A stretch of DNA of 64,000 bases, from assembly GCA_013239625.1 (NCBI GenBank), contig MU053810.1:2305518-2369517 (forward strand), given 5' to 3'. A program made the position numbers and the translations under genes. The stretch is from Lama guanicoe. Its lineage: Eukaryota. A model generated the notes under the pieces. That model worked only from the letters and a program-made list of their open reading frames with translations, made no database searches and was not told the origin of the DNA. Below are positions 27,488-41,792 of this stretch, one piece after another (within the stretch, counting starts at the first letter, position 1; every line of letters starts with the position of its first letter).

Positions 27488-30400
27488 TAACTTGTCTCTA
27501 CCATCTCCTTCATTCTAGCTCCCCTGCCGGCTCCTCTGCCCTGCTCAGTCCCAGTAGCAATAACTGACCGACAACATGTTCTTGCAAACAAGAAAGTCCT
27601 CTCTCTCACCTTATATTTCATTTAACTACAGTTGTCTGAGTTTTAACTTCTCAGCTCCCACGACTTTGGGAATTTCTGCTCACACACTGTCAATTCTTAC
27701 TGTTTCCAAATAAAAGTCACAATCACTAGTTGCCTGTTAGCAAATAAAATGAACTCGACAACAGGGTGCGTCCCTTCTGTTCCCTCTCGCAATCGGCTTG
27801 TCTCCTTTTCAGCTAAACTAGTCATTTTTTGTATTGTCAGGCTTTGGGGGCCCTGCCCGTACTATCCTGCTTACATCATGACCAACAAAAGATTGACAAA
27901 CAGGTTTCCATGGCGAGCAACAGGAACAAATGGAAAAGTCCAAGAGAAATGGAAACAGAAAAGACAAGGCTGAGTCAGTCCATTTCCGACGGCACTGGAA
28001 TGCCACCCTCCCCAAAGCAATGACTTTCATCGCAACAACTGAAATCATTGGCTTTTCCCTGAGACATGACAGGAACCACGCAGTAAACGGAGACATTAGG
28101 CTCTTTTATTGATGTAATAGCCACAGCTCCCTGCAAAAGACTCTCATGACACAGGGGCAGCCACCTTCTGCGTGCAGACTCTTGTTTAATGGGCTAGACA
28201 AGGGTTGCCATCCTAATTCACAGCCCTACATAAAACAAACACTTACAATAATCTCCTTTTGAATCTTTTTGTTTTCTGTAACCCTGATAGCTAAGGGCTG
28301 CTACCAACAATTCTCTAAGCATAAACAGTTGTTAGAAAAGGCAGAAATCAGTAACAGTGGGTCAGCTGGAAAGAGGCAAAAGAGTGGGTTGGGTGTAGAT
28401 TTACAGCAGTGTCAGGATGCAGGCAGTAGGACCCACGCAGACTATAGACATGAAAGGAGACAGTTTCATTCATTTACACAAAAGACACAGGTAGAACCAT
28501 GACAGTTTTCCTCTCTGTAGCCCTAGAACTCTTCTGCGCACACAGTAGGCCATCAGTAAATGCTCACGGAATGAAATCATAATGCCAAATTCAGTCAGGA
28601 AACCCAGTAATGTGAAATAATTATTATGCAAATAAAACTACATCCTTTTGCACACAGAGACTGTGGATGGATTTCTCTGTCCCTCTCAGTAATGAGAATC
28701 CACTCTGGACATCTTAAAGCCAGAACTGGAATCATTTCTTGTTCCTCAGTTTCCTCTCTCTCAATAATTCTTCTCTCTCCAATCAATCCATGAAGATGCA
28801 TTCAGGTCCTAATGCAGCCTACAAGGCTGTTACAGGAAAGCATAAATATTCTTCAGTATGTAGCACCATAATTTGAATGTATACAGAAAAAAAATGATAG
28901 AATCTTCCTTTGGCCCCCTTCTTCCAAGGGCTCTCATCTGTGAACAAGTTGAATATTGTTTTGCCTAGAACCACAGCCTTAGCAAAGAAGTCAGAGGGAA
29001 GTTTCCCTTTTTCATAACCATGATGAAAGCCTATTAAAAGACATGAACTTACTGAGTAAATGATTAAAGTGAAAGTGATGGGCATGAACTCATTCTAATT
29101 CCTTTCTAGACAAGCTCAAAAGCTCCCAGGGCCCTGCCCACCAGCATGGTGGCCTCACTCACTGCCCCCCCCAAGCCTCTTTCTCCTGCTCCCACCGCCT
29201 GCTCCCCTGTCTGGTGCCAGCCTGCGTTCTATCCTTTGACACCAGCCTGCCACTGCTATTCCTGCCATCTGGAGTCAGTCCTCAGCATCTCTGTCTCATC
29301 AAGTCTCCATCTATTTTAAAATATCATCTGAAAACATATGTTTCCCCCACACACACCCCTTTCAATTTCCTCTCTGCTTTTATTTATTTCATCCTCTGAC
29401 TTCCTTCAGCTCTGCAAAAACCCATCTGATTCACTTCAGAAAACCGCTCTACAAAGGGCTGTAACTGCATTTGATATGAAAGATTGTAATCTCTCAGGTC
29501 TGAAATGTCTCCTGTGAGTGGTCAGCACATGCTCCTCCATCCTACCTCCGTGAAATGATGGAAAGAGCAAGAAAGAATCTGAGCCAGGAAATGAGGGCAT
29601 TTCTAACATTGAAACTGCCTCGGAGGCTGAAGAGCATCTCCCAGTGTCCACAGGAGCCACAAAGAGGCCAACTCCTGAGCATCACTCAAACTTGCTGTCC
29701 TAAACATCTTTTTAAACACTCATAACTCAGGAATAAGCTGCTTTGTCCACTTTTAGGGTTGCCAGTAAGTAAGTTGGGGAAACCTTTAAAAGCCTCCCTC
29801 CAACCACTTCTATCTCCCTTCAAAAAATTCCCCAATAACCTGGACCAAAAGGTAAAAAAATAAAAGAAACAAACAAAAATTCCCCCAAACAGAGAGAAGA
29901 TGAAAAAGTGCTCCAGACACCCAGTCAATCAGAAACTTCCAGACTGCCCGGCCACCTCATTTTGCTGCCTCTTTACGTTCTCTAATTAACCTCTGGTGCT
30001 GTGATTATTCCTTTTTAATTCTGCCAGCCAGCATTTATTAATCACGTGTAAGATGCATACGATTCGACCATTCTCCACCATCAGCCAAAGCCCTCCTGCA
30101 CCGTGCTGTTGACTGTGTTTCCTCCATCTGATTTGCCTTGTCTTTCTCTATTCCCCCTCACCACAACAAAGAAGCTGAAAAATGAGGATCTCGCTCTCAA
30201 ACTCCACTCTATTGTCAGTTCCACGGGCTGCAGCAGTGGTGAGAGCTGGAAGAATCACTGTTGCTAAGCAACACTTCTGCATCCTGCGTAAAAGATAAAG
30301 AGCACCGTGTGTGGTTCTGAGGACCAGGCAGTCCAGTTTTCCATGAGCTCTGGGGGGTCAACCTTGGGACAAATCAACAGAGAAATGTCAATTCTATTAA

Positions 30401-31094
30401 TACAAGGTTTGGGGAGGAAAGTTCTTAAATTTTCTTTCTTTTTCTTTAGATCATCTCTCATTTTCTCCAAAAGAAAAGATGACCTAATGGGCAAAGAAAT
30501 GGATGGCAAACCCCTAATTTGAGTTTCCAGGATTGATCTGGGCCACAAGTTCACTCCTCAAACAGAGCTGCTTCATTAGACACTCTCCTATGACTTGGTT
30601 TCTTCCCCTTGAAAAAAGTGAAAATTAAAATCAGCTGCTTCACAAAACTGCAAGCAATTGATTCTTTTTAAACAGTAATAAAAAGTCCTCAGCAATGACT
30701 AAACTACCATCTGTTATTAAATGCTAGTAACACGTTTCCTGCCAGTCTTCCTCAGATGTCCCTTGTAGCAGTTTCTCTTAGCAGAGCTTTCATTCCCGCC
30801 TATCGACCTTCCATGAGAACATTTTGTGGCTTTCTGGAGGAAATAATAACCATTCAAATGTAACTTTAGAGACAGAAGGTCATCCCCTTCATTCACAGCC
30901 TGAAACAGAAGTGGGTGTGTCAGCGATGGGGAAGAAGACTGAGCTACGTCCCTCAGACTTTTTCCTCTTTGTCCTTCTGAACTGAAACAAAAAGGGAAGG
31001 ACTGGGTGACATTACACTACCATGACCTTCTTGAACTCCAGTCCTCTGTAAGTCGAAAACTCCTGGATACTCAGATCCTTCGCTGCAGCTCAGA

Positions 31095-31435
31095 CTGCTG
31101 GTCATTCCCACAAAATCGATTCCCTGCTCTTCTAAGATCAGGCCTCATGCCCAGCACTCTGGCAGCTGGGTGTGGCCAAGCAGCAGCCCAGGCCAAAACA
31201 ATGTGCAACAAAGGGATGCGTGCAACTTCCTGGTTGTACATTCCATTTCCCTTTCTTCCCACCCCTTCTTGTTGGAGGGAAAGTAGACACAGTAGGAGTC
31301 ACCATGACACATGTGGATGAAAAAATGGTGGAAAAACAAGAATGAACCTGGGTCTCTGATGGTGTCACAGACTTAAGTGATAGAGAAATCCACGTCTATC
31401 CTTTTTAAGCTGCAATTATTTGGCTTCTCTGTCAC
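31095..31435 (+). mobile_element. Old MaLR LTR (MLT1 family)
   Basis: GAACCTGGGTCTCTGATGG...GATAGAGAAAT...TTTTTAAGCTG...TTTGGCTTCTCTGTCACTTGCAG terminus. Confidence 0.65.
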
Positions 31436-31801
31436 TTGCAGACCCTGAGCAGTATGTACCCCAATCATTTCTGTTCCACCTCAGACGCTTTCCTAGACCC
31501 AAGCAGTGCCAAGCATGCCAATAAAACAACTTTGTGCCCAAAGGAAACTCCCAAAAGTTTAACAAGTGGAAACTGTAATAAGATCTACCACTTAACTGAG
31601 TGTATCTTTCCACTACACCAAGAAAGTGAAGCGGTTCTCATCTATAATTCAGCTTAGGAAACATCACACTTTCAAATAACCAGCATACATTTACTAAGCA
31701 CCACTGTGTACAAAACACCATCTAAAACAGATGGAAGCCACAAAGCTGGACAGGATGTGCCAGTCTTCCTGGAACTGACATCCTTAGGGGTCAAGATGCA
31801 G

Positions 31802-31948
31802 CATTTCAACAGGCTTCACTGAATGATGTGTGACTGTCCTGGACAAATCATTTCAACAGGCTTCACTGAATGATGTGTGACTGTCCTGGACAAATCATTT
31901 CAACAGGCTTCACTGAATGATGTGTGACTGTCCTGGACAAATCATTTC
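31802..31948. repeat. Perfect tandem repeat, 47-bp unit x3 plus 6 bp
   Basis: CATTTCAACAGGCTTCACTGAATGATGTGTGACTGTCCTGGACAAAT at 31802, 31849 and 31896, followed by CATTTC. No mismatches seen. Confidence 0.97.
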
Positions 31949-33033
31949 CTTCTCAGTGCTGATAAAGATCATCTCTAAGGTCTCATCTGCTCTGAATTTC
32001 TAGGCTTCTACCACAACTCTTAATATGCTACCTCAGCATCTCACCAGTGGTAAAAGTCAGGATCCTTTTTACAGCTTTAATGAGGTGTAATTGGCACACA
32101 GTATAATGCACATATTTAAAATGTACAATGTAATGGGTTTTGACATATGTATGCCATGAAACCATCACCAGAATCAAGATAATGAGCATTTCCATCATAA
32201 CAATTTCCTCATATCCCTTTGTAATCCATCTCCTCTTCCTCCCCCACTAACCCGAATGCAGGGAACCATCAATATTGGTTTGGTTGCTATGTATCAGTTT
32301 GCATTTTCCAGAATTTTATTTCTACATGAATCACACAGTATATACATGTTGCAGCCTGATTTCTTTCACTCAGTATAATTATTTTGAGACCCACATTGTT
32401 GAGTGCATTTATTGTTTGTTCCTTTTTATTGCTAACTGGTATTAAATTGTAATGAACACACCAGAAGTTATCCATTCATCAGCTGATGGACATTTGAGTT
32501 GTTCCCAGTTTGGAGCTATTAGAAACAAAGCTACAGGTGTATGAAAACTCGTGTCCAAGTCTTTATACACATATGTTGCACGCACCTGTTTCGCTTCTCT
32601 CGGATAGCTATCTTAGAGTGGAATGGCTGTGGGGTACAGTATCCAACTTTTCAGGAAACTATCAAATGGTTTTGTAAAATACTTTACCATTTTATGTACC
32701 CACTAGCAGCATTTTAAAGTCCCAGTTTCTCCATATCCTTTTCAACTATTGATATGGTCACTCATTTTTAATGTCAGCCATTCTAACAAGAATGCAGTGG
32801 CATCTCATTGTGGTTTTAATTTACATCTACCTAATGAATAGTCTTGTTGAAAAAAACAACTCCTGTGTCCATGTTTTGAGTTTTCTGCCTTCTTACTGTT
32901 ATATTCCTGAGTTCTTTATATATTGTAGCTACAAGTCCCTTGTGTGATACATACTTTGCAAATATTTTCTCCCCGTCTCTAGCTTCCAGATTCATTTTCT
33001 TATTTGGCATCTTTAAAATATAAAAAAGTTTTA

Positions 33034-33371
33034 GGTCACTCATATGTGGAATCTAAAAAAAAAACATAAATACAAAACAGAAACAGACTCACAGACATAG
33101 AATACAAACTTGTGGTTGCCAAGGGGGCGGGGGGTGGGAAGGGACAGACTGGGATTTCAAAACGTAGAATAGATAAACAAGATTATACTGTATAGAACAG
33201 GGAAATATATACAAGATCTTGTGGTAGCTTACAGTGAAAAAAAATGTGACAATGAATATATGTATGTTCACGTATTACTGAAAAATTGTGCTCTACACTG
33301 GAATTTGACACAACATTGTAAAATGACTATAACGCAATAAAAAATGTTTTAAAAAATAAAATAAAATAAAA
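33034..33371 (+). mobile_element. Young L1 3'UTR inserted in opposite orientation into the old L1M
   Basis: CACTCATATGTGGAATCTAAAA...CAGACTCACAGACATAGAA...(TAAAA)n tail. TSD ATAAAAAAGTTTTA at 33020-33033 and 33372-33385. Confidence 0.92.
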
Positions 33372-36300
33372 ATAAAAAAGTTTTAATTTTCATGAAGTAC
33401 AATTTACCCTTTTTTTTTCTATAGTTTGTGCTTTTGGTGTCGTATTTTTTTAAATATTTGTCTAATTCATGGTCACTAAAATTTTCTTCTGCATTTTCTT
33501 CTAGGAATGTGTCTTAACCCTTACATTTAAGTTGTGATCCACTTCAAGTTAATTTTTGTATGTGGTGTAAGAAGGATTGTGGTCCTTTTTTTTTTTTTCC
33601 ATGTATATGGCTATACAGTTATTCCAACACCATTTGTTGAAAGAATTTTCCTTACCCAATTGAATTAACTTGCAGTCTTTATGGAAAACCACTGCTTTCC
33701 ACTGCTTTATATATCTCCTACCTTTATGCTACTACCACTGTCTTGATTACTGTAGATTTATAATAGGTCTTGAAATCAGGTGGTATATGTTCCAATTTTG
33801 TTTTTCTTTTTCAAAATTATGTTTTTGAATCAGCAAGTCAAATTCTATAAAACAAAAAGGCCGCTGGGATTTCAATTGGGATAATATTGAATATATAGAT
33901 CAATTTGAGAACTGACAAAATAATATTGAGTATTCCAATCCATGAGCATGGCATACCTACTCATTTATTTAGACCTTAACTGATTTTTCTCAGCAACATT
34001 TTCTACATTTCAGTGTAAAGGTCTTATTTTTACACAATTGGTTAAATTTATCCCAAAGTACTTCATATTTTTTGATGCTATTGTAAATGGTGTTGTTTTT
34101 TGATTTCAAGTTCCAATTGTTCACTGTTGGTATAGAGAAATATAAATAACTGTGTACAGGGATCTTACATCCTTCAATCTTATGAAACTCACTTATTAGC
34201 TCCATAGCTTTTTTTAGATTCCCTAGGATTATCTACATAGAGAACCATATTGTCTGTAAACAAAGGCAGTTATCCTTCTTCTCCAATCTATGTGCTTTTC
34301 ATTTCTTTATCCTGCTTTATTGCATTGACAAGAACCTCTAGGACTATGTTGAATAGAATTGGTGAAAACAGGTATCTATCATTGCCTTGCTCCTCATCTC
34401 AGAGGAAAGTGTTCAGTCTTTCACCATTAAGTAAGATGTTAGCATTACATCTGTCATAGATGCCTACATCAGGATGAAGTTCCCCTCTATTTCTAGTTTG
34501 CTAAGTTTTTATCAGAAAGGAATGCTGGATGTGGTCAAATGCGTTTTCAACATCTATAAAGATACACACATGGTTTTTCTTTTTTATTCTGCTGATATGA
34601 ATAACACTTATTGACTTTTTATATTTTAAAACAAACCAGCATTCCTGGTAAGCCCTAGTTGGCCATAATGTATTACTCTTTTCCTATATTGTTGGATTTG
34701 ACTGGTGAAAAGTTTGCTAAGCACTTTAGCAGCTGTGTTCAAGAAGGATATTGGTCTGTAATTCTCATTTCTTATTATTTCTCTGTCTAGTTTTAGAATT
34801 AGGATAATGCTGGCCTCATGGCCTCTACTGTTCTCTGAAAGAATTTGTGTAGAATTGACATTTTTTCCTTAATTGTTTAGTAGAATTCACCAGTGAAAGC
34901 AAAAGGGCCCGGAGTTTTCTTTGTGGAAATGTTTTTAAATACAACTAAGTTGTTTTTAATAGAAATATGGCTACTCAATTTGCCTGTTTCTTTTTGAGTT
35001 TTTGTAGTATGTATTTCTTTTAAGAAATTTTTCCATTTCACCTAAAAGTTGGCAAATTTATTCACATGAAGCTGTTCATAATATTCCCTACTGTCCTTTT
35101 ATTATCTGTAGAATCTGTAGTAATGTCATATCTATCATTTCTCGTATTGGTTATTTGCACCTACTCATTTTTTCTTAATCATTCTAGCTATAGATTCATC
35201 AATTTTCTTTTCAAAAAAGTTGGCTTTTGCTTTCATTGTTTTTCTTATTTTTCTATTTTCTATTTCATTGATTTCTGCTCTTACGTTTTATTTCTTTACT
35301 TCTGCTTACTTTGGATTTAATTTGCTCTTTTTTTCCTTCATTTCTTATGGTATATTTATGGTATCTTTATATATTATGGTCATTGATTTTAGAGCTTTCT
35401 ACTTTCCTAATATACATATGCATTTAATGCTATAAATTTCCCTTTAAGCACTGCTTTATTTGTAACTCACAAATTGTAACATGTTGTTTTAATTTTCATT
35501 CAATTAAAAATATTTTCTAATTTCACTTGTGGATGTCTTCTTTGACCAATAGTTATTTGGAAGTATGTTATGTGGTTTCCAACTATTTGGAGATTTTCCA
35601 GATATCTTTCTGTTACTGATTTCTAATTTAATTCCACTGTGGTCAAAAAACATACTTCATATGACTTAACCCCTTTTAAACTGATGAAGATTTGTTTTAT
35701 GGCTAAAAATATAGTCTATCTTGATATGTGCACTTGAAAAGAATGTACATTCTGCTGTTGTCAGGTGTAATGTTCTATAAGTTACAGTTAGGTCATGTTA
35801 ATTGATAATGTTGTTCAAGTACTCAATAGCCTCTCTAATTTTCTGTTTACTTAGTCTATCGATTATTGAGAGAAAAGTGTTGAAATCTCCAACTATAATA
35901 TGGATTTGGCTTTTTCTGCTTTCAGTTTAAAATTAGCATCTCCAATTACATTTAGGATTGTTAACATCCTCTTGATAAAATGATACCTTTATCATTTTTA
36001 AATGACTGTCTTTATCCTGATAAAACTCCTGCTCAAAAATATACTCTGTCCCTGGCTGCTTTTAAGATATTTTTCTGTAATATTGGTGGTTAAGCAATTT
36101 GGTCATGATGGTCAGTACACTGGTGCAGTTCTCTTCACTATTCTTCTGATTGGGGCCTGTAGAGCCCTTGGATCTGTAGGATTAGTTCTCACCAAATTTG
36201 GAAATTTTCAGCCTTTATTTCTTAAGGGTTTGGTTTGTTTCTGTTTTTGTTTTTTTGGTTTTTTTCTGTATCTCTCCTACCTCTCCCCCCACCCTCTTAT

Positions 36301-36619
36301 GAAAATAACTACATACATGACAGGCTACTTGTTGTTGTCCCACAATTCACTGACGTTGTTAATTTCTTTCCATTTTTTGTTTCATTTTTGATAATTATTA
36401 CATCTTCAAGTTTACTAATTATTCTACTTACAGTGTCTAATCTGCTGTTCATCACCCCACTGTATTTCTTAGTCTCATTATATTTTTCAGCTCGAGAAGT
36501 CTGACTTGGGTCCTTACTACATTTTCCGTGTCTCTTTATCAAACTCATGTTGTCCTCCACCACTTGAACATACGGAGTACAGCTGTGATCACTGTTTTAA
36601 TGCCCTTGTTTTAACTAGC

Positions 36620-36955
36620 TCAGTTCACTGAGATTAAAACATATGGACTGAGTAGCTTTAATGACAGACATTTCTTTCTCACAGTTCTGGAGACCAGAAG
36701 CCCAAGTGCATGGTGCAGCCAATTCAGTTCCTGGTGAGGATCCTCTTCCTGGTTTGTAGACAGTGGCCTTCTTGCTGATTCCTCATGAGGCAGAGGGAGC
36801 AATCTTTCTTCCTCTTCTTGTAAAGCCACTCATTCCATAATGAGGGTCCCATCCTCATATTCTCATCTAACCCTAACCACCATACTACCAAAGGCCCCCC
36901 TCTACAAATACCATCTCATTGAGGGTTAGGACTTGAACATAGGAATTTAGAGTGT
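36620..36955 (-). mobile_element. MaLR solo LTR (MLT1A-like) nested in L1M
   Basis: CTCACAGTTCTGGAGACCAGAAGCCCAAG...CCTGGTGAGGATCCTCTTCCTGGTTTGTAGA...CAAATACCATCTCATTGAGGGTTAGG. Confidence 0.8.
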
Positions 36956-37774
36956 CATATTTCTGGGCCTTTTTCTATAGATTGTTTTTCTCCTCGTTAT
37001 GGGTCATATTTCTTGCTTCCTTAAATGCCTGGTAATTTCTGATTGGTTGCCAGACAATGTGAATTTTAGATTGATGAAGTTGGAGGGTTATTTTTTTTTA
37101 ACATTCCTTTAAATATTTGGGGGCTTTGTGTTGGATGCAATAAAGTAACTTGGAAACAACTTGATCCTTCCATGGCTCACTTTTAAGCTTTGTTAAGCAA
37201 GACCAGAAGAGTGTCTAATCTAAGGTTTAGTTTTGACACACAACTGAGGCGATGGTCTTCTGAGAACTCCAGCTGATAGCCTGAACATTAGCAGGTCTTT
37301 CCGCTCCGAGGGGAGGAAAATACAAATGACTGAGCCCCCGGGATGATTTCACCTGTTCCTTTGCCATGTATCCCCCTGGCCTCAGACAGTTTTCTGTCCA
37401 CTGAAGACTCTGCAGATCTCTGGACCTGACACTAGGAACTCCAGTGGTTGTAGCCTCTTCAAACTCTGAACTGTGTTTTCTCAGCTGAGGGTGATGGCCA
37501 GGCTCTGTTATATGTCTGAAAATACAACACATACTCCAGGCAGGAAGACAGGCCCTCTCGTTTGTTTCCCTTCTCTGAGATTACTGTCTGTGCTCCTTGT
37601 CTAATGTTTGAAAATTGTTGTTTCATACATTTTCCCTAGTTGTTTTTTAGTTTTTTTAAGCTTTGAGAATTACGTCAGTCCCTTTTTCTCTATCATCACT
37701 AAAAGAAAAATGTGTCTTACCTCTAAAAAGTCTCCACATCTTCTTAATCTGTTCTCTCCAGTATCAACTCTAGA

Positions 37775-38030
37775 GAGTAGGTTAAGTATAGTATTGTGGT
37801 TATAAAAATGGGTTCTAGAGTCAGACCACCTGGGCTTCAAGAAGCAACTGTGCCACTACTTTCTGTGTGACCTTACACAAGTTATTTAACCTCTCTGAGT
37901 CTACCCTGCTTATCTGTAAAATAAGAATGTTAGAAGTATATCTCTATCTCAGAGAGATTTACATGAGGAAACACACATAAAGCATCTAACATCGCTCCAA
38001 GTACACAGCAATTACTCAATGAATGCTATC
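37775..38030 (+). mobile_element. MIR SINE
   Basis: TCTAGAGTCAGACCACCTGGG...TGTGTGACCTTACACAAGTTATTTAACCTCTCTGAGTCT...ATCTGTAAAAT core. Confidence 0.85.
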
Positions 38031-39219
38031 ATTTAAAATATTCATCATCATAATTTACCTCATATGCCAAGTGACAAAGGCAGAAACCTAGTGTCACTCT
38101 GGCTAACTACCAGTGAAATCTGTGCCCACCACAGGCTACGCCCAAACTGTCTACACAAGCAGAAGAATCTTGCCAAGTTCAATTACCAATAGGAATGTCT
38201 CCTCTAGCGAATGGATTCTATTTGTTCCCCCTAATTCCTTCCTTGTCATCATTCTTTCTATAGTTTCCTTTCAGTCAGAGATAAAATATCACCATTTTGT
38301 AGATATCCTGGCCTGTCTGCCTCTGAAGGCGCAAAATGTTCATTTTCCACATTCAATCCAAGTGCTCCATACATACTGACTCAACTTTATATTTAGTGTA
38401 ATAATAAAATTCTGAAAGCATACTTAAAAACCTAAATTGAAGCTCTCACAGGATAACAGCACAGCAAGCAACTCTAAGTTTTTCTCTATTTAATGTTCTA
38501 TTAACTTATGTTAAACCTCTTGTTCGCTCTTTCTCCAACCTCTAGGGATAAATTTTCCATAAGTGCAACTGGTTAAATGAGCATAAGAAGTAAGCAAAGT
38601 TTCGGTTCATTATTGAAAAGTTAATATTTGTTTCATATGTATTTAGACACTGTTCTAGACATGCCATAAGGCATAACTACATTAATCTCACCTACATGGA
38701 GGCAGCTTTATTTTTCTAAATTACATATGTAATGGAATGAGTCTTAATAAAGTCACTGATCCAGTTCGTCTTCCTGTGAATGCATATTCTGAACACTGAT
38801 AAAATACGACACTGGGTGTTACAGTCCAGTACAAGTTATACCCTAAACACAGAGAAACTTGGAGACGTTATTTTTACAGCTTACAAAGCACTTTCACATA
38901 CACTCTCTCATCAATTTTTACAACAATCCTGTGAGCTAAGGACTTCCAACAGGAGAAAGTCAATATTGTGGAAACAAAAAAGACTAAAACACCCAACTGC
39001 AATCCTTTCTCTACACTAAAAATACTTAATTCCAGACTATCTGAGTCAAGCTCACTCAACAGTTTATGTTTGCAAATACTTATTTTCAATGGACTGTATC
39101 ATCTAACCTTGCTTCACTCAAAAGTAATAAAATGCCATTTTTCATGCACATGAGTTTATTAGCAGCTCAGCTTTTTTCTCCATTACCTCATCCCTAAAAC
39201 AAAAGTTCTTCTTCCCTCC

Positions 39220-40160
39220 AACTTTTTATGTTGAAAAATTTCAAACCTCAGAAAGATTTCAAAATAGCGCAATGACTATGCACTCGATCTAAATTCACCA
39301 ATTGTCAACATTTTGCTGTATTTGCTTCACACATCCACACAAATGCATGTGTGTTTGAAGCAAGTATGTACAGTATATTTAATACAATGTATTATACTTG
39401 AATGTACATGTTTATATTTGTCATTATATAAATTATATATAATAAAAATGATCATATGTAATATTTTTTAAATGACTCATATGAAAGTTAGTAGCAAACA
39501 TCATGACAATTAAGTAGTAAATATTTCGATATGAATCTCCTAAGAACAAAGGCATCCTCGTACATGCACAAGATTATTGCACTCAGGAAATTTAACACTG
39601 ATACATTGCTATTATCAAACATACAGTCCACTTTCAAATTTCTCCAAATGGCCCAATAAATGTCCTTTATAGCTGTTTCCCTGATCTAGGATGCAATCTG
39701 AGATCATACACTGCATTTAGTTGTCATCTCTCTTTAGTCTCCTTTAATTAAAAAGAAGCTTCCCTAGCTTTTTTTGGTTTATAATGACTGGCATTTCTTA
39801 AGGAAACAAGCCCTCATGATTAGATTCGGGTTAAACATTTGGAGCAGGAATGCTGCCTAAGTGACAGGCAGAGCCATCAAATCGGTGGGTAAATGACATC
39901 AATTTATTCCTCTTTTGGTGATGTCAGGTTGCTCGAATTTGATCACATGTTTAGTATTCTCCATCGTAAAGGTGCCTTTTTCCCTTTGTAATCAAACAGT
40001 CCAAAAGGTGACACTTTGAGAATATTCTGTTCTTCAGCAATCTCACTCACTGACTATGATCCACTGATTATTCTTGCCTGAATCACTGATTAATTAAAAT
40101 AAGGATTTTTCCCTTCCATCATTCCTTCTACATTTATTAATTGGCGCTCTTCAAAAGGAC
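39220..40160 (-). mobile_element. L1MC/ME-like 3'UTR
   Basis: TTGAAAAATTTCAAAC, CTCCTAAGAACAAAGGCATCCTC, CACTGCATTTAGTTGTCATCTCTCTTTAGTCTCCTTTAAT, TCCATCATTCCTTCTACATTTATTAATTGG. Confidence 0.8.
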
Positions 40161-41792
40161 TCTGTGAGAGCAAAACACACCGAGGACCACCTCCGTGAGA
40201 GGGGCAGAGTGAGAATGAAGATGCTCCCTGCAGAGAAGTATGCACTCCAGAGTGAAGCCACACGTCTAAGTGAAATCTGGAGCTAATGTCAGATACACAC
40301 AGCTCTGCATTTGCTGCTAGGAACATATTTTCTCCATGGTCAATCTTGTTCAAAGGAATTCTTTCATTGTGTAAGCTGTGGGTGTTTACCACGTCCTTTG
40401 TTTCAGGATGATGATGGAATACTGGCAAAGGATCTAAAGGAACAACATATTTCAAGCTCCATACAATAACCTCTAGCTTCCTCCCTGAAGTAGAGGGGGA
40501 TCTTTGAAGGTATCAGACTGAGAAAACCAGACATGACTGAAAAACCCAGCAGAACCCAGGAGATCAGTCCTGAAGTGTGCTTGGCTCTGAATCTTTTTAT
40601 TTTTTATGGAATAGATCAAGCCCCCCCAAAAGTGACACCCTTTCATCCCTTGTCTTTCATACCTTCAGTTCAAGAAGGAAAAGGTATTTCTCTCTAACCC
40701 CTTCTACCTCTCTTATGGAGAGACACCCTGAGCCTTTATAACTACATAACTTGAGAAACCTGGTCAGGCTAACTGTCCATGGACCACCTTAATGCCATGA
40801 AAATGCTAATAAACCAAGTCCTTCCAAGGTTCAGCAGACACCTACCACTGAGTTCCATGCCAACAAAGTCAAAGTAATACTTTAGTTTACTTTAACAATC
40901 ACAGTGTAATCCACAAACACTGTCAATGGAGCTACCCTTGAGGTGTCATTTGTAAGTGTTTAACCTTATACTTTCCAAGGTGCTATACAGAAAAAGCCAA
41001 AACAATGCCTGCTTAGGGCCAGTACATTATATAACAGTAGAAATAAATCACTAAATAATTCTGATGAAGCACTATAAAAAGATAAAATCTTAATCTTAGA
41101 AGGGGTAATAGAAAGCTAGTCCAGTCTCCTACCGAACGCCAGGCTCATGTGTTCAGTATCTGAAATAGCAGTGCCATCTCTGTTCAGATACTATCAGCAA
41201 GAAATGTCCTATGACGCAATGCAGTTCATTCCACAAATCATCAGCTACACATGAGTCAGCCTGGAGACCACGGAGCTGAAAATCAATGTGTTTGGCCTGT
41301 AAAGTTACCAGTACACCAGAAAAGCACAGTAGTAGAAAAATGTAAATTCAATAATAGGCTTTCTTTCAACACTAAGCTTTTCCAAAACATTTAAAGCAAA
41401 ATTCTATTAACCAAAATTTGATATACCAATATTAAGCAAGTCAACAGGTAACATACGTTTCAACCAAGGAATGTAGGGATTTCCCCCACTGTATCTCTTG
41501 CCGGGAAACAGATCTTTCTCAGCACCATTCAGTCGAAACTCTACTGACTGTGTCTTCCATCAGAGTTCCAAGAACATCACTTTATTTCCTTCTGCCCACA
41601 ACACCTGCTCTGCACATATGGGCTCACTTAGTTAAAAATCTCTTCTATTCTCTTGATCTGCTCACAACCCAGGGCAGAGTGGCAATGGCAATGGATGAAC
41701 ATAAGGAAATACGCATATGCAGAAATAATCAATGACTTTGAGCCTGGGTGATTAGAACAGAGATCCATTATAGAAAAAGGAAAAGGAACTTA

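Larger units (their letters stand above)
32065..37720 (-). mobile_element. Large decayed L1M element (3'UTR, ORF2 remnants, 5' region) with nested insertions
   Basis: Antisense L1 motifs throughout (CATCTCATTGTGGTTTTAATTT, TTCCAACACCATTTGTTGAAA, TTCAGTCTTTCACCATTAAGTA, GAATTCACCAGTGAA, TTGAAATCTCCAACTATAAT). ORF fragments such as EKIFAKYVSHKGLVATIYKEL. Confidence 0.88.

Noticed and set aside
31802..31948. CRISPR-like array or C/D snoRNA cluster
   Set aside because: Units are head-to-tail with no spacers, in a mammalian context. ATGATGT is not a full C box and there is no terminal stem.
28819..40455. Scattered minus-strand acceptor-like sites with open frames (~29030, ~30363, ~40434)
   Set aside because: No convincing donors, unrecognised peptides and no coherent gene model.
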